From positions 38,033,933 to 38,097,932 of the forward strand of contig NC_068982.1 in NCBI RefSeq assembly GCF_001194135.2: 64,000 nt of DNA, written 5' to 3'. Within the stretch, counting starts at the first letter, position 1; each line of letters begins with the position of its first letter. The notes under the pieces are model-generated. The model was not told the origin of the DNA, did no database searches, and saw only the letters and a program-made list of their open reading frames with translations. A program made the position numbers and the translations under genes. Positions 1-13,747 of the stretch are shown in pieces. The DNA is from Octopus bimaculoides (taxonomy: Eukaryota).

Positions 1-78
1 TAGGTTATGGGGACATAAACAAACCAACATTGATTGTTGAACAGTGTTGGAAGACAAAAACATACAGACACACACATA

Positions 79-147
<69 letters not shown>

Positions 148-151
<4 letters not shown>

Positions 152-1305
152 TCATCATCATCATCGTTTAATGTCCACTTTCCATGCTGGCATGGGTTGG
201 ATGGCTTGCCTGAAGACTGGCAAGCCAGGAGGCTGAATCAGGTTCCAATCTGTTCTGGCAAGGTTTCTACAGCTGGATGCCCTTCCTAACATCAACCACT
301 CTGAGAGTGTAGCAGGTGCTGTTTACGTGCCACCGGCACAAGTGCCAGTCAGGCAGCACTGGCATCAACCACGCTCAAATCGTACTTTTTACTTGCCACT
401 GGTACTGGTATCAGCCATGCTTGAATAGTGCTTTTTACGTGCCAGTCAGTCGGCACTGGCATTGACCACGACAACAATTTCACTTGACTCAAAAGATCTT
501 CTCAAGCACAGCATATAGTCTGATGATTGAAGTACTTTTAAACAGGCCGGTTATGCAATGCTGGCATCGGCCATGGCTATGATCTTACTTGGCTTGCCAG
601 GTTTTCTCAAGCACAGCATATCTCCAAAGGTCTCTGTCACTTGTCATTGCTTCTGTGAGGCCCAATGTTCGAAGTTCGTGCTTCACCACCTCATCCCAGG
701 TCTTCCTGAGTCTACCTCTTCTACAAGTTCCCTCCACTGTTAGGGTGTGACACTTCTTCACACAGCTGTCCTCATCCATACGCAACACAAGACAATACCA
801 GCACAGTTGTCTCTCTTACACACCACATCTGATGCTTTATGTCCAACTTTTCTCTCAGGCTGCTTACACTCTGTTGTGTATTCTGTGTATTCACATGGGC
901 ATTACACATCCAGTGGAGTATACTAACTTCATTTCTTTCAAGTCTACACATATCCTCAGCAGCACAGCCTATGTTTCACTGCTGTGTAGCATGGCTGTTC
1001 ACACACATGCATCATACAGTCTACCTTTCACTCTGAGCAAGAAGCCCTTTGTAACCAGCAGAGGTAGGAGCTCTTTAAACTTTGCTCAGGCTATTCTTAT
1101 TCTAGCAGCTATGGTCTCAGAGCATCCCCCTCCACTATTGGCTTAGTCACCTAGGTAATGGAAGCTATCAACTACTTCTAGTTTTTCCCCCTGGCATGTG
1201 ATGGAATCTGTTTTCTGTATATCGTCAGTGTTTATTGCCCCCATGCATGTCACACACAAAGACTGTCTTCCCAGTTAACCTTCCTTTGATATTGCTGCAC
1301 CTCTT
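148..1305 (-). mobile_element. 5'-truncated RTE-clade non-LTR retrotransposon (post-RT ORF2 C-terminus, 3' UTR, (GAT)n tail)
   Basis: Minus-strand translation gives ARIRIA.AKFKELLPLLVTKG, ERNE.SMLRWMCNV and LRMDEDSCVKKCHTLTVEGTCRRGRLRKTWDEVVKHELRTLGLTEAM, typical of the RTE C-terminus. (CAT)n tail at about 148-165. Confidence 0.88.
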
Positions 1306-1767
1306 GTTTGTCAAAACCTGGTACATACATATATATATACATATATTAGTAAAAAGTAAGGGATTACCCCATATATATGTGATGGGCTTCTTTCAGTTTC
1401 CTTCTATCAAATCCACTCATAAAGCTTTGATTAGCTTGGAGATATATTAGAAGATACTTGCCAAACCATGTGATTGGGGAGCAAGCTTCTTACTACACAA
1501 TCGTCTCTGTGTGTAAATATATATATATACATACATGGTTGGGATTAGGAAGTGCATCCAGCCATAAAACCATGCCAAAACAGTTCTCGCTGAGGTTATA
1601 GTTTTACCATTGGATGCCATCTGTAGAAATTATGTTTTAATTTTTCATGTTTATACATATATTTTCTCACATACACATACATGTATGTAAACATATTAGT
1701 TCATATATTTTTGTGTTTGATGCTAGAAACTTTAGTTTATAAAGCAAAAATGCAATTTTTAATGCAG

Positions 1768-1860
1768 CTTATATGAAGAAGTGCTTTCACAACGAGCCCT
1801 TGACCGAAGGTTAACAGATGAACTAATTAGATTTAAGAGGGCTTTGATCCAACTCTCTGA
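1768..1860 (+). CDS. AXDND1: AXDND1-like gene, internal coding exon (LYEEVLSQRALDRRLTDELIRFKRALIQLS)
   Basis: Acceptor tttttaatgcag and donor gtaagt; open frame of phase 2 to 2 joins the 4140 exon. The peptide resembles the recalled AXDND1 segment LYxEVxxQRxxDxRxxxELxxFK. Confidence 0.8.
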
Positions 1861-4139
1861 GTAAGTAAGAATGTTTTTTTAATCCTTTCATTCACCAAAA
1901 ATAGTTCTCATAATTTTCTTAATCTTTAAATGTGAGCAGTTAAGTTTATCAGGCATTGTCTTATGAGTCACAGGCTGTATGTGTAAATGTTGGTTTTAGT
2001 CTATAACCTAGGATTATTTTTGTAAACACATTTTAACAGTTCAATACTTGATGTTGTAAATATGCAAAGAACTTGTTATTTTGGCATACCTTTATGTAAT
2101 CACAAATGACTGTTATTATTGTATATCATTGTAAAAGAGATGGCTGAGAAAATAGTGGGTATGAAACATTTTGGTACAGCCATTGTGGCATTGTCTATTT
2201 GGCATTACCGATCTGATGCTGGCTTATTTGACATCAGATGTTTTAATGATCCCCTCATTCTCTCTCTTTTTTCTCTCACTCACTGTCTTTATGAGTTTAT
2301 GTCTGCATGCACACGCATATGTGTGTGTTGTGTTTGCCTCTAGTGACAAAATATACTGTTGCCAAAACAGGCAGAATATCCAGTCAGCCATTATAAATCA
2401 TCAGTTTCCAAACAGCTGCAGCCTGTCACCTCATTCTGGGAAAATAGAGTATTCTATTATAAATGCATAATAGCATTTTCTCTTGATCTCAGTTCTGTAT
2501 CAAAATTTTACTGTTTGGCTTCACTTTTAATTTCTCCAGAAGTCAATGAAATAAATGTCAGAAATATGATGTTCACAAATATGATGAGGTCAATTTCTTC
2601 ACTGTGAAAGTTATACTTGTGGCTATACTCATTGTAAAGTCAGTTGTAGTTTTTAAATAGTTAACTAAATCATTATCCATCTAAAACTATGAACAACAAT
2701 GAATATTTAATTAACACTTTAGCTCCAAATTAGATTAAACTGGCATGCAAATGAAATAAATTCATAATTACTATGAATTTTTGTATAATATTTATTTAAA
2801 AAAAAAACAATTTACAAGAATATAAATGGAAATTGTTCAAGATGTCTCAATAGTGCTTCTTTGGAAAATTATTCAAATGTTCAATATACATTGATAAAGT
2901 ACACAACATTGCAACTATAAACAATTATCTGAATTGATGGAGGAAATAAGATATTATAATTCAATTAACTTGTGGTTGTTCAGGATGACCAATTTTGTTG
3001 GGTTGGTCATGACAATTCGGTAAAAAGTAAGAAGAGATAGAAGTAAGATACTCTGTCTCTTACTGAAATACCCAATGATAAATGTTTTGCATTTCCATGT
3101 CTTTAAAATTTCCAACAGTTGTATTTTATATATGTACAATGAATTTATTGTGCATACATGTTATTGTGAATGTGAAATATTTGTTTGAATATCAACAATA
3201 TTATACAGAAAAATAAGGCAAGTCTTAACATTTGTAATTTAGTAGCTTACCCCATACAATGTCAAATTTTTGTAAGTAGTGATTTTGGAAATGTTTTAAT
3301 CCATATTACTTTTGGAAGTTCTGCCTGTCTGTCTGTCTCTCTCTCTAAAACATACATGTTATTGTATATGTAATATTTAAAGGCTTACACTGCGTAAGAC
3401 AGAAATAATGTTTTAATACTAATAAGTGATAATTGCACATTGCTATTATAAACAGAATAAGACAGGTAATTATATCGAAAAATATTTGCATGCATACAGA
3501 TATGTATATCATCATTATAACCCTAGGTTGTTTAACTTTTGCTGAATATGATATACAGAGTGTGTTATGCAAAACAAATAGAGAAAAGTGAGAATACATT
3601 TCATGGAACTGACAGAGTTCTGTGTAATACCTGAGGTGATTCTGTTTTGAAATTGTAAATCTCCAGCTTTTTATAACCTTGAGCAAAGCTCCTAGAACTT
3701 TTGGAAATACATTTTGGCAAGAATCTATATTTATTTTCTTTTAAGTCTACTGCCTTTCCTTGTTACACATCAACTGATATTGATTGGATGGAAAACACTT
3801 ATGTACATGTTCATGTCTTTTATGGCAATATGGTAAAGTTTATACAACTGGTCATGCCTTTTATGAAAATATGATTAGGCTGTGGTTCTAAACTGAGAAG
3901 CTGAGCAGATTGGTTCATAATTAGGCAGAGATCTGCTACAAACTAATGATTGCCAAATATAACTAAGTATTGAAATATAAACTGGTGGAGTGAATGATAT
4001 TAAATTTATGGCTGTGAAACCATTAAGATTTATCTAATGCTGTCTGAATATTTATACTCAGTCTTCTGATTCTATAAACCAGTTTTATTTATTGTTATGA
4101 AGTTTCAATAGTGTTCATTTTATATACTAATTATTTCAG

Positions 4140-4206
4140 AGAACTGGCATGTGTAAAAGCCCAGGACATTAAACTTACTGAAGAAATCAACACAACCAGG
4201 AAAGCA
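4140..4206 (+). CDS. AXDND1: AXDND1-like internal coding exon (ELACVKAQDIKLTEEINTTRKA)
   Basis: Acceptor ttatttcag, donor gtaaga; GA|A completes Glu; ends phase 0. Resembles recalled ELCLVRAHDVKLTKE. Confidence 0.8.
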
Positions 4207-5922
4207 GTAAGAAAATATTTTTGAAAAATTATTTTTGTATAATTAAATTTATTTTTCAAGAAAGCAAGTTTCTTTCTTTCAAGTCTAGTATTTTGTACAT
4301 TTCTTATGCTTCTGATAAATTCAATCAAATAATTTAGATTATGTCTTATAATGAATTTTTGTCTTCAGACTGAATTTATGAATTACATGTAAGAGAAGGA
4401 TAAGTTGTCATACCATATTCAGTTGAAAGAGTTTATTTAACAAGTTCTCAAGTAAGAACTATTTTCTTTTGTTGAGAAGATTTGGATATTTTACAAAATA
4501 TAGTTTTTGGAGAATATGTTGTTGCAACTGTATTACAAGATGACAAACTCCAGCAATGTTGATGTAAATGGAGCAAAGAAGTTTGTGTACATTGGAGTTA
4601 CTCATGATAAAGATATTTTTATACATTCCACTGGTCTGTCTAGAACAATTTTAAATAGTAAGGTTTTATTGTTTACTGCAGTTTCAGATTAGGAACTTTA
4701 TCATAAACTGAATAGTTGACATTGCAGCTTCAAACTGAAAATGAAATTATTGTTTTCAGTCTGATCTATTGCTTACTTATTAACAATTGCTATTAAAATC
4801 ATTCTAATCTATTTAAGATGTTTTAATACTTTGCATACTTCTTCAATATTACCACATATAGGTTTTGATATCAGCTATAAAAACAATGTATAAAAAACAT
4901 CATTATTCTGTTTCTGAGATTATAAACTAGAGAACTTGTTAAATGCTGAATGTGATCATAGTCTTTAAATTATTACATTGTATCAAAATATTATTTTTTT
5001 ATGAAGCCTTTAGCTATGTAATAAAATTTCATTGTTATTACAGTAATGATATTAGATAATCTACCATAAAATAGAATTGATATTTTCTGCAAGTCACATT
5101 GTCTCAGTAAACTTAACCTATCACAACAAAAATACTTTCAAACACGACATTCCTCAACAAAACATAGATTGTTATATTTAAAACTGCTTTCTGCAGTGAA
5201 GGGCAATTCAATTTTGAGTGGATATATCTGGTTTCCATATTAAAAAGATTAATGACATAATCACAGAAAGAAGGGCAATGTCTGTAATCTTCTTTTAGGG
5301 TCTCTGAGACTGAGGTGAAGTCAGGAAGAAATTATTCTCAGTCCCAAGACCTTTCCCAAATACTTGCAACAGAACATATTCTGCTAAAAGCACCACTCAC
5401 AAACCAAATAGTGGTGTCAAACTGGATGAACACATTAAGTTTACCATCCATGAACATGAATGATCCCTCTATGGGCTTCCATGCAGTTTCTATTTACCAA
5501 ATTTTGCTCCCAAGACAATGGTTAACCCAAAGCTATGATAAAACATGTTTGTTCAAAGTTCCACATAGTGGAATTGAACCCAAAGCTATGTAATTATGAA
5601 ATGAATTTATTTTACCACATGGCAATGTGACAAAAACTGTGTTATATTATCAGCGATAACTAGCCTAGATCTCACTGTCAGAATGTACCATTCCAGCACA
5701 TAAGGATCAACAAAATTATTTAGGGTGACTATTTTGTTGTTTTTGTTATTATTTAATAATGAAAAGTTTTATTTACCACATAAAAATTTGGCATTAAGAA
5801 TATTACCAGAACTAGGAATTTGAATATTATGTACATAGTAGTAGTATAGGCATGCTACAAATGTGTGTGAGTGTACCTGAAAAACAGAGGGGAGAATGGG
5901 GAGAATGTGTGTGTGTGTTTTG

Positions 5923-5955
<33 letters not shown>

Positions 5956-6290
5956 TTTTTTCTTTCCATTCCTCTCTTTCTGTCTTTTACTTAGAAATGT
6001 GTGTGTGTATGTATGTATATATGTATGTATGTATCTATCTATCTATCTATATGGAGAGAAAGCTTGAGTGACTGAGAGAGAGAGAGAGCCTTCAAAAATA
6101 TTGTTGGTCAAACACTCCCAAAACCACTTAGAAAAATTTGACATTGTACGAGATATGAACCAGATAAAGTCTCAAACTACTAAATTACAAATGTTAGGAC
6201 TTTCCTTATTTTTTGGTATAATATTATTGATGTTTAATTTCTTTTACTGAATTTGTTATTTGCTGGGAATTAACATTGTATTTTCTTCAG

Positions 6291-6449
6291 TTAAAAACTG
6301 CTCTGAGTGAATCAGCCAAAAATGCCAACATGCTAAAGGAGTACCAAGAATTATATGATCTTCAGCGTCACCGTTTGGAAAAGCAGGTGAACAATACTAC
6401 TCAAGAGCGAGACCTGTGGTGCAAGACAACTTATAATTTAGCCATCAAA
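6291..6449 (+). CDS. AXDND1: AXDND1-like internal coding exon (LKTALSESAKNANMLKEYQELYDLQRHRLEKQVNNTTQERDLWCKTTYNLAIK)
   Basis: Acceptor ttttcttcag, donor gtgagt; 159 nt, phase 0-0; coiled-coil character. Strong resemblance to recalled AXDND1 KNAKIVEEYHDLYTLQRERME...ERDIWSSATYELALK. Confidence 0.88.
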
Positions 6450-7248
6450 GTGAGTTCTTCACAATTGCTTGTTTATTATCTTTTTCATCCTTTGGTGGAT
6501 GGTAGTGAGTTGGCATACCACTGTAAGCATAGTGGTATTCCTGGAAAAGGTACTTTTGTTATGAAGTGCAGGTAAGATGTTTGCTTTTCAACCACTTGGT
6601 TCTGAGTTCAGTTCCACTGTGTGGTGCCTTGGGCAAGTAGTGTCTTCTCTGTTACAGTGAGGATCATGACAACTCCTGTGAAAATGGATTAGCTGAACTC
6701 ATATAAGTAGCAGCATGTTTGACTGAGAGTGGGAAATGAGAAATTGCAATAAGTCGAAAAGTGTTGTTTGTGAGTTCGTGGAGCCACAGGAAATTATATA
6801 GTTTATTGAGAGTTGTTTTGAATTGGCTACAGTTGTTGGCATAGTATTTACTTGGATTCTTACAAAACTAGAACTGGAGGACAAGAATTTAACCCTGCAG
6901 ACAGTAGCAGAGGAATAACAAAGAATTATCAACTTGTGACAGAACATAAAGAAAATAGAAGAAAAAAAAATTCTCTCAAGCACAGACATGACAACTAGGA
7001 ATAAATAAAGAAAAAAGAATATTATGACCAAGTCCATGCTATGGGTGTGGAGGTCTGTATTTTAAGAAAGACTGTCCATTTAAAACTTGGAAATGTTTCA
7101 GTTGTCAAAAATTAGGATATAAAAGCTACTGTGTCTGTTTTGACAGCTGGATGCCCTTCCTAACACCAACCACTGCAGAGTGGACTCAGTGTTTTTAATG
7201 TGGCACTGCACTGTAGAAGAAAATTGGGAAACCTACATTAAAGAAAAC

Positions 7249-7410
7249 TCGGAGTGGTTGGCGTTAGGAAGGACATCCAGCTGTAGAAACTCTGCCAAAT
7301 CAAATTGGAGCCTGGTGTAGCCATCTGGTTCACCAGTCCTCAGTCAAATCGTCCAACCCATGCTAGCATGGAAAGCGGACGTTAAACGATGATGATGATG
7401 ATGATAATGA
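7249..7410 (+). mobile_element. Short young RTE 3'-end copy with (GAT)n tail
   Basis: Near-identical to 28160-28315, 39293-39444 (minus) and 56906-57064; CpGs retained. Confidence 0.8.
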
Positions 7411-8051
7411 TGTATATATATATATATGCTAATTTTAATTTAAAAAAATAGGAATTTACAATTTTTACCTGTAAATTTGGATTTTTATCCCTAATATTAT
7501 TATCATTATTATTNNNNNNNNNNNNNNNNNNNNNNNNNNTATATATCCCAGAGTTATAGTAGAAGATACTTGCCCAAAGTGCCACACCTTGTGGTTTGGA
7601 AATTTCTTACTCAACAGCCATGTCTGTACCTATTAAAAATCTTATTTGCATCTGATATGAATGAGAAGACCCAACCACCACAACAGAATCGAGATCCTAA
7701 AACCAAAGTACCACATAAAAAGCATTGGTGTGGTTGCTGGTGCTATGTAGAAAGCACTAGTGATGGTGCCACGTAAAAAGCATCCAGTACATTCTGTAAA
7801 GTGGTTGGCTTTAGGAAGGGCATCAACCCATAGAAACCAAGCCAAAGCAGACTATGGAACCTGGTGCAGCACCTGGCCTTACCAGCTATTGTCAAACTGT
7901 CCAACCCTTGCCAGCATGGAAAACGGATGTTAAATGTATGATGATTAAATTTTGTATTTAATTAGCTTTTTAACTAGGTCATAATCTTGAAATTAATTTT
8001 GATTTTTAGATTTTGTTTTTATCGATTATTGTTTTTATTTTTTTAAACCAG

Positions 8052-8320
8052 GTCATTGAAGAAGGTGATTTACTTATTGCCAAACGTCTTATTATTTATG
8101 AGAAGCAGTGGGCAAAAATTTGTCAGCATTACACTGTTACATTAAGTGACATAGACACTAGCCACTTGATTATAATACAAGGCCTGTTGGAGGTCTGGAA
8201 GGTTCACATGGAACAATATTTCTTGGATATTTCGCAATGGGAAGAAAAGTCATCAGCACAGTTGAAGGCATTACGAGCAGATATTGGAAGTTACATTACA
8301 CATTTTACAGAAAACCTTGA
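8052..8320 (+). CDS. AXDND1: AXDND1-like internal coding exon (VIEEGDLLIAKRLIIYEKQWAKICQHYTVTLSDIDT...FTENL)
   Basis: Acceptor ttttaaaccag, donor gtaagt; 269 nt, phase 0 to 2. Continues the recalled motif VIERNRVILARRLYLNEKGW. Confidence 0.88.
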
Positions 8321-8719
8321 GTAAGTTGTTTTATTTTTGCTTTATCTTGAATCAGGTAAGTTTCATATTGTACAATTCTTTGAGAAACCTCATATGAAAA
8401 GGCAGGTGGATATGTAGATATTTTAAGTTCTTTTGGAAATTCTTTGATGGACTGTGATATGGAAGGGATATAATCAAAAGTAGGAATCATAATTCTAAAC
8501 ATATTTGTTGTACAGTTATATGTGTATGTGCATGCATGCGTGTATGTGTGTGTGTGCATGCGTGTATGCATGTGTGTTTGTGCTTGTATTCATTCAAGTA
8601 CACACACATATATATTTATATACATATATCTTTATACATATTATTCACATATATATAACAGGCACATATGTATGTGTGTGTATATATATATATACATATA
8701 TTGTATATGTGTGGGCTGT

Positions 8720-8809
8720 GACTGTTGAGGACATGCGTAAGCTCGCAAGGAATGAAGCCAGTATCCTCCGCTGGATGTGTAATGTAAATGTGCATACCCG
8801 TCAGAGTGT
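8720..8809 (+). mobile_element. RTE LINE ORF2 fragment running into an assembly gap
   Basis: WAVTVEDMRKLARNEASILRWMCNVNVHTRQS; same family as the 148-1305 copy. Confidence 0.8.
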
Positions 8810-10526
8810 NNNNNNNNNNNNNNNNNNNNNNNNNNNNNNNNNNNNNNNNNNNNNNNNNNNNNNNNNNNNNNNNNNNNNNNNNNNNNNNNNNNNNNNNNNN
8901 NNNNNNNNNNNNNNNNNNNNNNNNNNNNNNNNNNNNNNNNNNNNNNNNNNNNNNNNNNNNNNNNNNNNNNNNNNNNNNNNNNNNNNNNNNNNNNNNNNNN
9001 NNNNNNNNNNNNNNNNNNNNNNNNNNNNNNNNNNNNNNNNNNNNNNNNNNNNNNNNNNNNNNNNNNNNNNNNNNNNNNNNNNNNNNNNNNNNNNNNNNNN
9101 NNNNNNNNNNNNNNNNNNNNNNNNNNNNNNNNNNNNNNNNNNNNNNNNNNNNNNNNNNNNNNNNNNNNNNNNNNNNNNNNNNNNNNNNNNNNNNNNNNNN
9201 NNNNNNNNNNNNNNNNNNNNNNNNNNNNNNNNNNNNNNNNNNNNNNNNNNNNNNNNNNNNNNNNNNNNNNNNNNNNNNNNNNNNNNNNNNNNNNNNNNNN
9301 NNNNNNNNNNNNNNNNNNNNNNNNNNNNNNNNNNNNNNNNNNNNNNNNNNNNNNNNNNNNNNNNNNNNNNNNNNNNNNNNNNNNNNNNNNNNNNNNNNNN
9401 NNNNNNNNNNNNNNNNNNNNNNNNNNNNNNNNNNNNNNNNNNNNNNNNNNNNNNNNNNNNNNNNNNNNNNNNNNNNNNNNNNNNNNNNNNNNNNNNNNNN
9501 NNNNNNNNNNNNNNNNNNNNNNNNNNATATATATATATATATATCATCATCATTATTTAACATTCATTTTCTATGCATGTCTGGGTAGGTCAGTTGACAG
9601 GGGCCGGCCAGGTAGAAAAACTACCCAAGGCTACTGTGTCTGTTTTGGCAGGGATTTTATGGCTGGACGTCCTTCCTAACACCAGCCGCTCCGCAGAGTG
9701 GATTCAGTGCTTTTTATGTGGTACTAGCACAGGGGAGGTTACTTTTGGCATGATTTGGATGCTGGATGCCCTTCTAAATGCCATCATCATTTAACGTCCA
9801 TCGTCCATGCTGGTATGGGTTGGACAGTTTGATCATGGCTGGTAAGTTGAGGACCTGTATCAGACTCCAGTCTGATTTGGCATAATTTCTATGGCTGGGT
9901 GCCCTTCCTAATGCCAACCACTCCAAAAGTGTAATGAGTGTTTATGTTCCACCAGCATGGGTGCCAATTACGTGACACTGGCATCAGCCACATTGCCTCC
10001 ATGAAGATCAATGCTCAAACGGTGCTTTTTATGTGCCACCAGCACAAGTGCCAGTTACATGACACCAGCATCAGCCACACTGCCTCGATGACCCATATAC
10101 AAATATATATGCATATGCATATATATATATATATTTATACTTACACACACACACACAAACACATATCTATATATTTAAGCGCATATAGATATATCATCAT
10201 CATCATCATCATTATCATTTAATGTGCATCGTCCATGCTGGGATGAGTTGCAGTTTGACAGGATCCAATGAGTCAGAATGACTGCATCATGTGTTTTTGG
10301 CATGCTTTCTATAGCTTGATGTCCTTCCTAATGCCAACCATTTTACAGAGTTCACTAGGTACTTTTGTGTGACAGTAGCACTTGTGAGCTCACAAAGTAA
10401 CTTCAAAATCAAAAAAAAAAGGCCCCTTGACTGTGTGGGGTTGTAGCAGAGAGGCAAGTGGCTTTATGTCAGGTGTTGAGGGGCTAAAGTATGATAGAGG
10501 AACAGGCACAGGATCTTGCTATAGAG

Positions 10527-11229
10527 CAGTGATTCCCAACATGGGGTATATTCCCCACCGTTGGAGCCTTGGAAAATTGTGGTGGGGCATGAGATCCATT
10601 ATTTAATACAAACTAATCAGTGAAAGCTTTGTTCAAAATGGAAGGTACCAAGGTGTGACTATGTGATGAAGTTGAAAGGAAATACCCTGACACTGCCATT
10701 TCAGCAAAAGAACTTTTGATTAATTTCTCCACATCTTATTTGGTTGAATGTGGCTTCAGTGCTGTTGATGATTTGCCAAGAGAAATTACAAAACATGGTG
10801 GTTTATAGCTGAAGCTAACAAAATTGTCTCCTCAAATCAAGGAAATCTGCCATAGTCACCAGGTACAAGGTTTACAGTAAAGTGATTTATTTATTTTTTT
10901 TCCTTAGTCAATAAGTACTTAATAAAAGAGTTTCCAGTAGATTTTTTTGTATCAAATAATAGCTAACCACCTACACTTTTTTCTGCAAAATAGGGGTAGT
11001 TTATCCTGTTCAGGCTATATTATTAGCATTATCCTGCGATTGAGAATTTAAAATCACTTTAACTTTCTAAGACATCTGAACGCTTCTAAAAGCAAACTTC
11101 GTTTATTTGTTTACGTTTATCGTAATTTGAATTTAATATATCAAAAATAATGTTTTTTTTCTAACATACATTTTTCTGGAAAGTTATTGTGAGGCCTGGG
11201 TGGGGGTGGAAATAGGTTGGTAAACACTG
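10527..11229 (+). mobile_element. Internally deleted hAT (Buster/Charlie-type) DNA transposon
   Basis: Imperfect TIRs CAGTGATTCCCAAC / GTTGGTAAACACTG; 8-bp TSD ctatagag / ctatagaa. Internal frame about 10670-10880 reads FSTSYLVECGFSAVDDL...L*LKLTKLSPQIKEICHSHQVQG, the hAT C-terminal dimerisation motif. Confidence 0.85.
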
Positions 11230-12458
11230 CTATAGAAGAAATACTTGGCTATCTTGCATTATACAAGAGTAGATAGTAGTAACTGAAAGAAGACAAAAAT
11301 GGTGGTGATGAGGTCAAAGAGTACACTTGAAATACAAGAAAGTGAGTGTTAGTGAGAATACAGTCCGTGGATTGAGAAGGGTGGGTGAATAAGTTCACAA
11401 GAATGTGAGAAAAGGGTGACAGATGGCTAGAGATGGATGGGTGGATGAGGGGGTAGTAGTGAAAGATGAGTAAGTAAAAGTGTAGGTGTGGTCAATGGTA
11501 AATATCAGTATGAGGTAGAATACTATGTGGTTAAAAATTTACTTCCAAACACATGGTTTCATGTTCAATCCTGTTGCAATGCTGCTGCATTGGACAAGTG
11601 TGTTTTAGCACAATCTGGGGCTGACCAAAGCCTTATGAGTGGATTTGGTAGATGAAGTCTAAAAGAAGCCTGTTTTATACATAGTTCAAATTTACAGGAA
11701 AACAAAGACAAAGACAGGGGTAGGAACAACAAGCAAGTGTATTAGTTTGATGCTCGGGAAAAATGGAAAAGCTTTTTATGTTTTGAGCCTACACTCTTTG
11801 ACAGAAAAGGAAAATAAGAGGAAATAAATAGAAAGAGAATGAAAAAAATGTGTTGAGTTCAGTGGTCCAACATGTATACAGACATACATATATATATAAA
11901 TTGTATTTAAAATTAAAGTTTACATGGGAGACTTTAAGGTGTAGTATCCAAACCTTGTTATGGGAATGTCCCTTGTAGTGTGCCTGTAGAGTACATTTGC
12001 CGCTTGTGGCTACCAGGTGTCATCCAGGGTAGTGCACTTTTGTTGCTGAATGTATGTAAGGAATTGCTTGGTGCATGTTGAGTGTATTCTAAATGATTAA
12101 CATACAAGACAGAGTGTATGAGAAGGTTTATTTAGGACAACGATCATTTCAGTTTATTTCTGCACTGCTCCTTAGTGGGTGGAGAACAATGTAATGGAAT
12201 TGAATGCACCCCTTATTGTAGAAGAAACCTCTTCAGGCCATATAAAGAAGTTCAGTGTTATAAGATGTACATTTCACTGATATGCATGGAAAGATGATGT
12301 TGGTTCATATGCATATGACACAAGTATATTAAAAGCTTTATAAGTCAATACTGTGTTCTACTGTGTTAGCAGTGTTATTAAATCACTTTTTAAGGTTATC
12401 TCTAGAAATTTTTTATAGAAATTATTGCCAGCACTGATTTGATACAATGTTTCATATA

Positions 12459-13747
12459 TTGGGTTGGCAACTAAGTTCCTGCTGTTTTTATAAATTTAAA
12501 TTTTTTAAAAGGTTTAATAAAAAATAACAACTAATTAATCGATAATGTATTCGCCCTTGTTGTCTACAACTTCTTCTCAACGTTCAGCAAGATTTTCAAT
12601 ACCTCATCGGTAGAAATCACCTGATTTCGACTTGAAAAATTGATCTAAGCTCTCAATTCTGCATCAGTATTGAATGAAACTCTGTGCATAGCATTTAAAA
12701 GAGATTGAAATAGGTGGAAATCCATTGGTGCCAAATTAGGAGAGTACAGTGGGTGTGGCAGCACTTCCCAGCCATGCATTTGAATGGTTTCCTTGGTCAT
12801 ATTGGCGATATGAGGGCGGGCATTGTCGTGCAGCAGAAGAACTCCATGCTGCCAATTAGGTCTTTTCTAATGAATAGCCATGTTGAGTCATTCCATCTGT
12901 TGAACATAGAGTTCTGCATTGACTATTTGGTTCTGTTCAAGCAATTTGTAATGGATAATCCCTTCCCAGTCTCACCATACGCACAACATCGTTTTACGTG
13001 GATGAAGATCTTGTTTCACGCACGGTGTCGCTTGTTTACCGGGGCTAAGCCATTTCTTACACTGCTTCATATTGATGTACAGGCATCGTTTTCATTGCCA
13101 GTAACGATTTGGTAAAGAAATAATTGCTTGTGTCCATGAATTAAGTGGTGACGAGCAAGCAAACCAGCGGAAATTGTGGCTTGTTGATTTTTTGTTATTG
13201 TCACTTAAAGCACACGGAACCCATGCTCCATACTTCTGAACCTTTCTCATCGAGTGGAGATGCTTCTCCATAGCAGTGTGGGAGCATTCCATTTTCTCTG
13301 CCAGTTCCCTTGTTGTTTGACAGGAATTTTCATGCAAAAGTCGGTTTAATCGCTCTTCATCGAACTCAACTGGATGGTCAGAATGAGGTGCATTTTTGAG
13401 GTCAAAATTTCCATTTTTGAACTTGGCATACCAATCATGAGCAGTTCTTTCAGCTATGGCACCCTCTCCATACACTGTACAAATGTTGCAAGCAGCTTTT
13501 GCGGCCTTAGACTCTTGATTAAAAGCAAAACGAAAGAGGTGTCGAAAATACTTGTTTTTCTTAACTTGACATTCCATTTTAATGATCTGAAAATAAACAA
13601 AAATTAACTAAAATTAACTAGAAAAAAAACAAAATAGATTCCAAAATGATTCAAAAATACAATTCTCGAAAAATATAGATTCCAAAATTAAAAAATGCAA
13701 TGAATTCCAAAATTAAAAAAACGGCGGGAACTTAGTTGCCAACCCAA
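12459..13747 (-). mobile_element. Full-length (1289 bp) mariner, mellifera-like, with a disrupted transposase
   Basis: TIRs TTGGGTTGGCAACTAAGTTCC at both ends, TA on both sides. Transposase N-terminus in ORF 13577-13092 (HTH, WVPCAL); downstream frames give IVTGNE, HDNARPH and LPHPLYSPNLAPMDFHLF, with frameshifts and stops. Confidence 0.93.

Noticed and set aside
8505-9588. Long ORFs spanning N runs (also near 28.3-29.3, 34.1-34.7, 49.6-50.4 and 59.9-60.5 kb)
   Set aside because: Artefacts: gaps are translated as X and flanked by microsatellites.
11940-12240. Possible Penelope GIY-YIG remnant (similar weak hint at 23600-23740 minus)
   Set aside because: Resemblance is too weak to support without a profile search.
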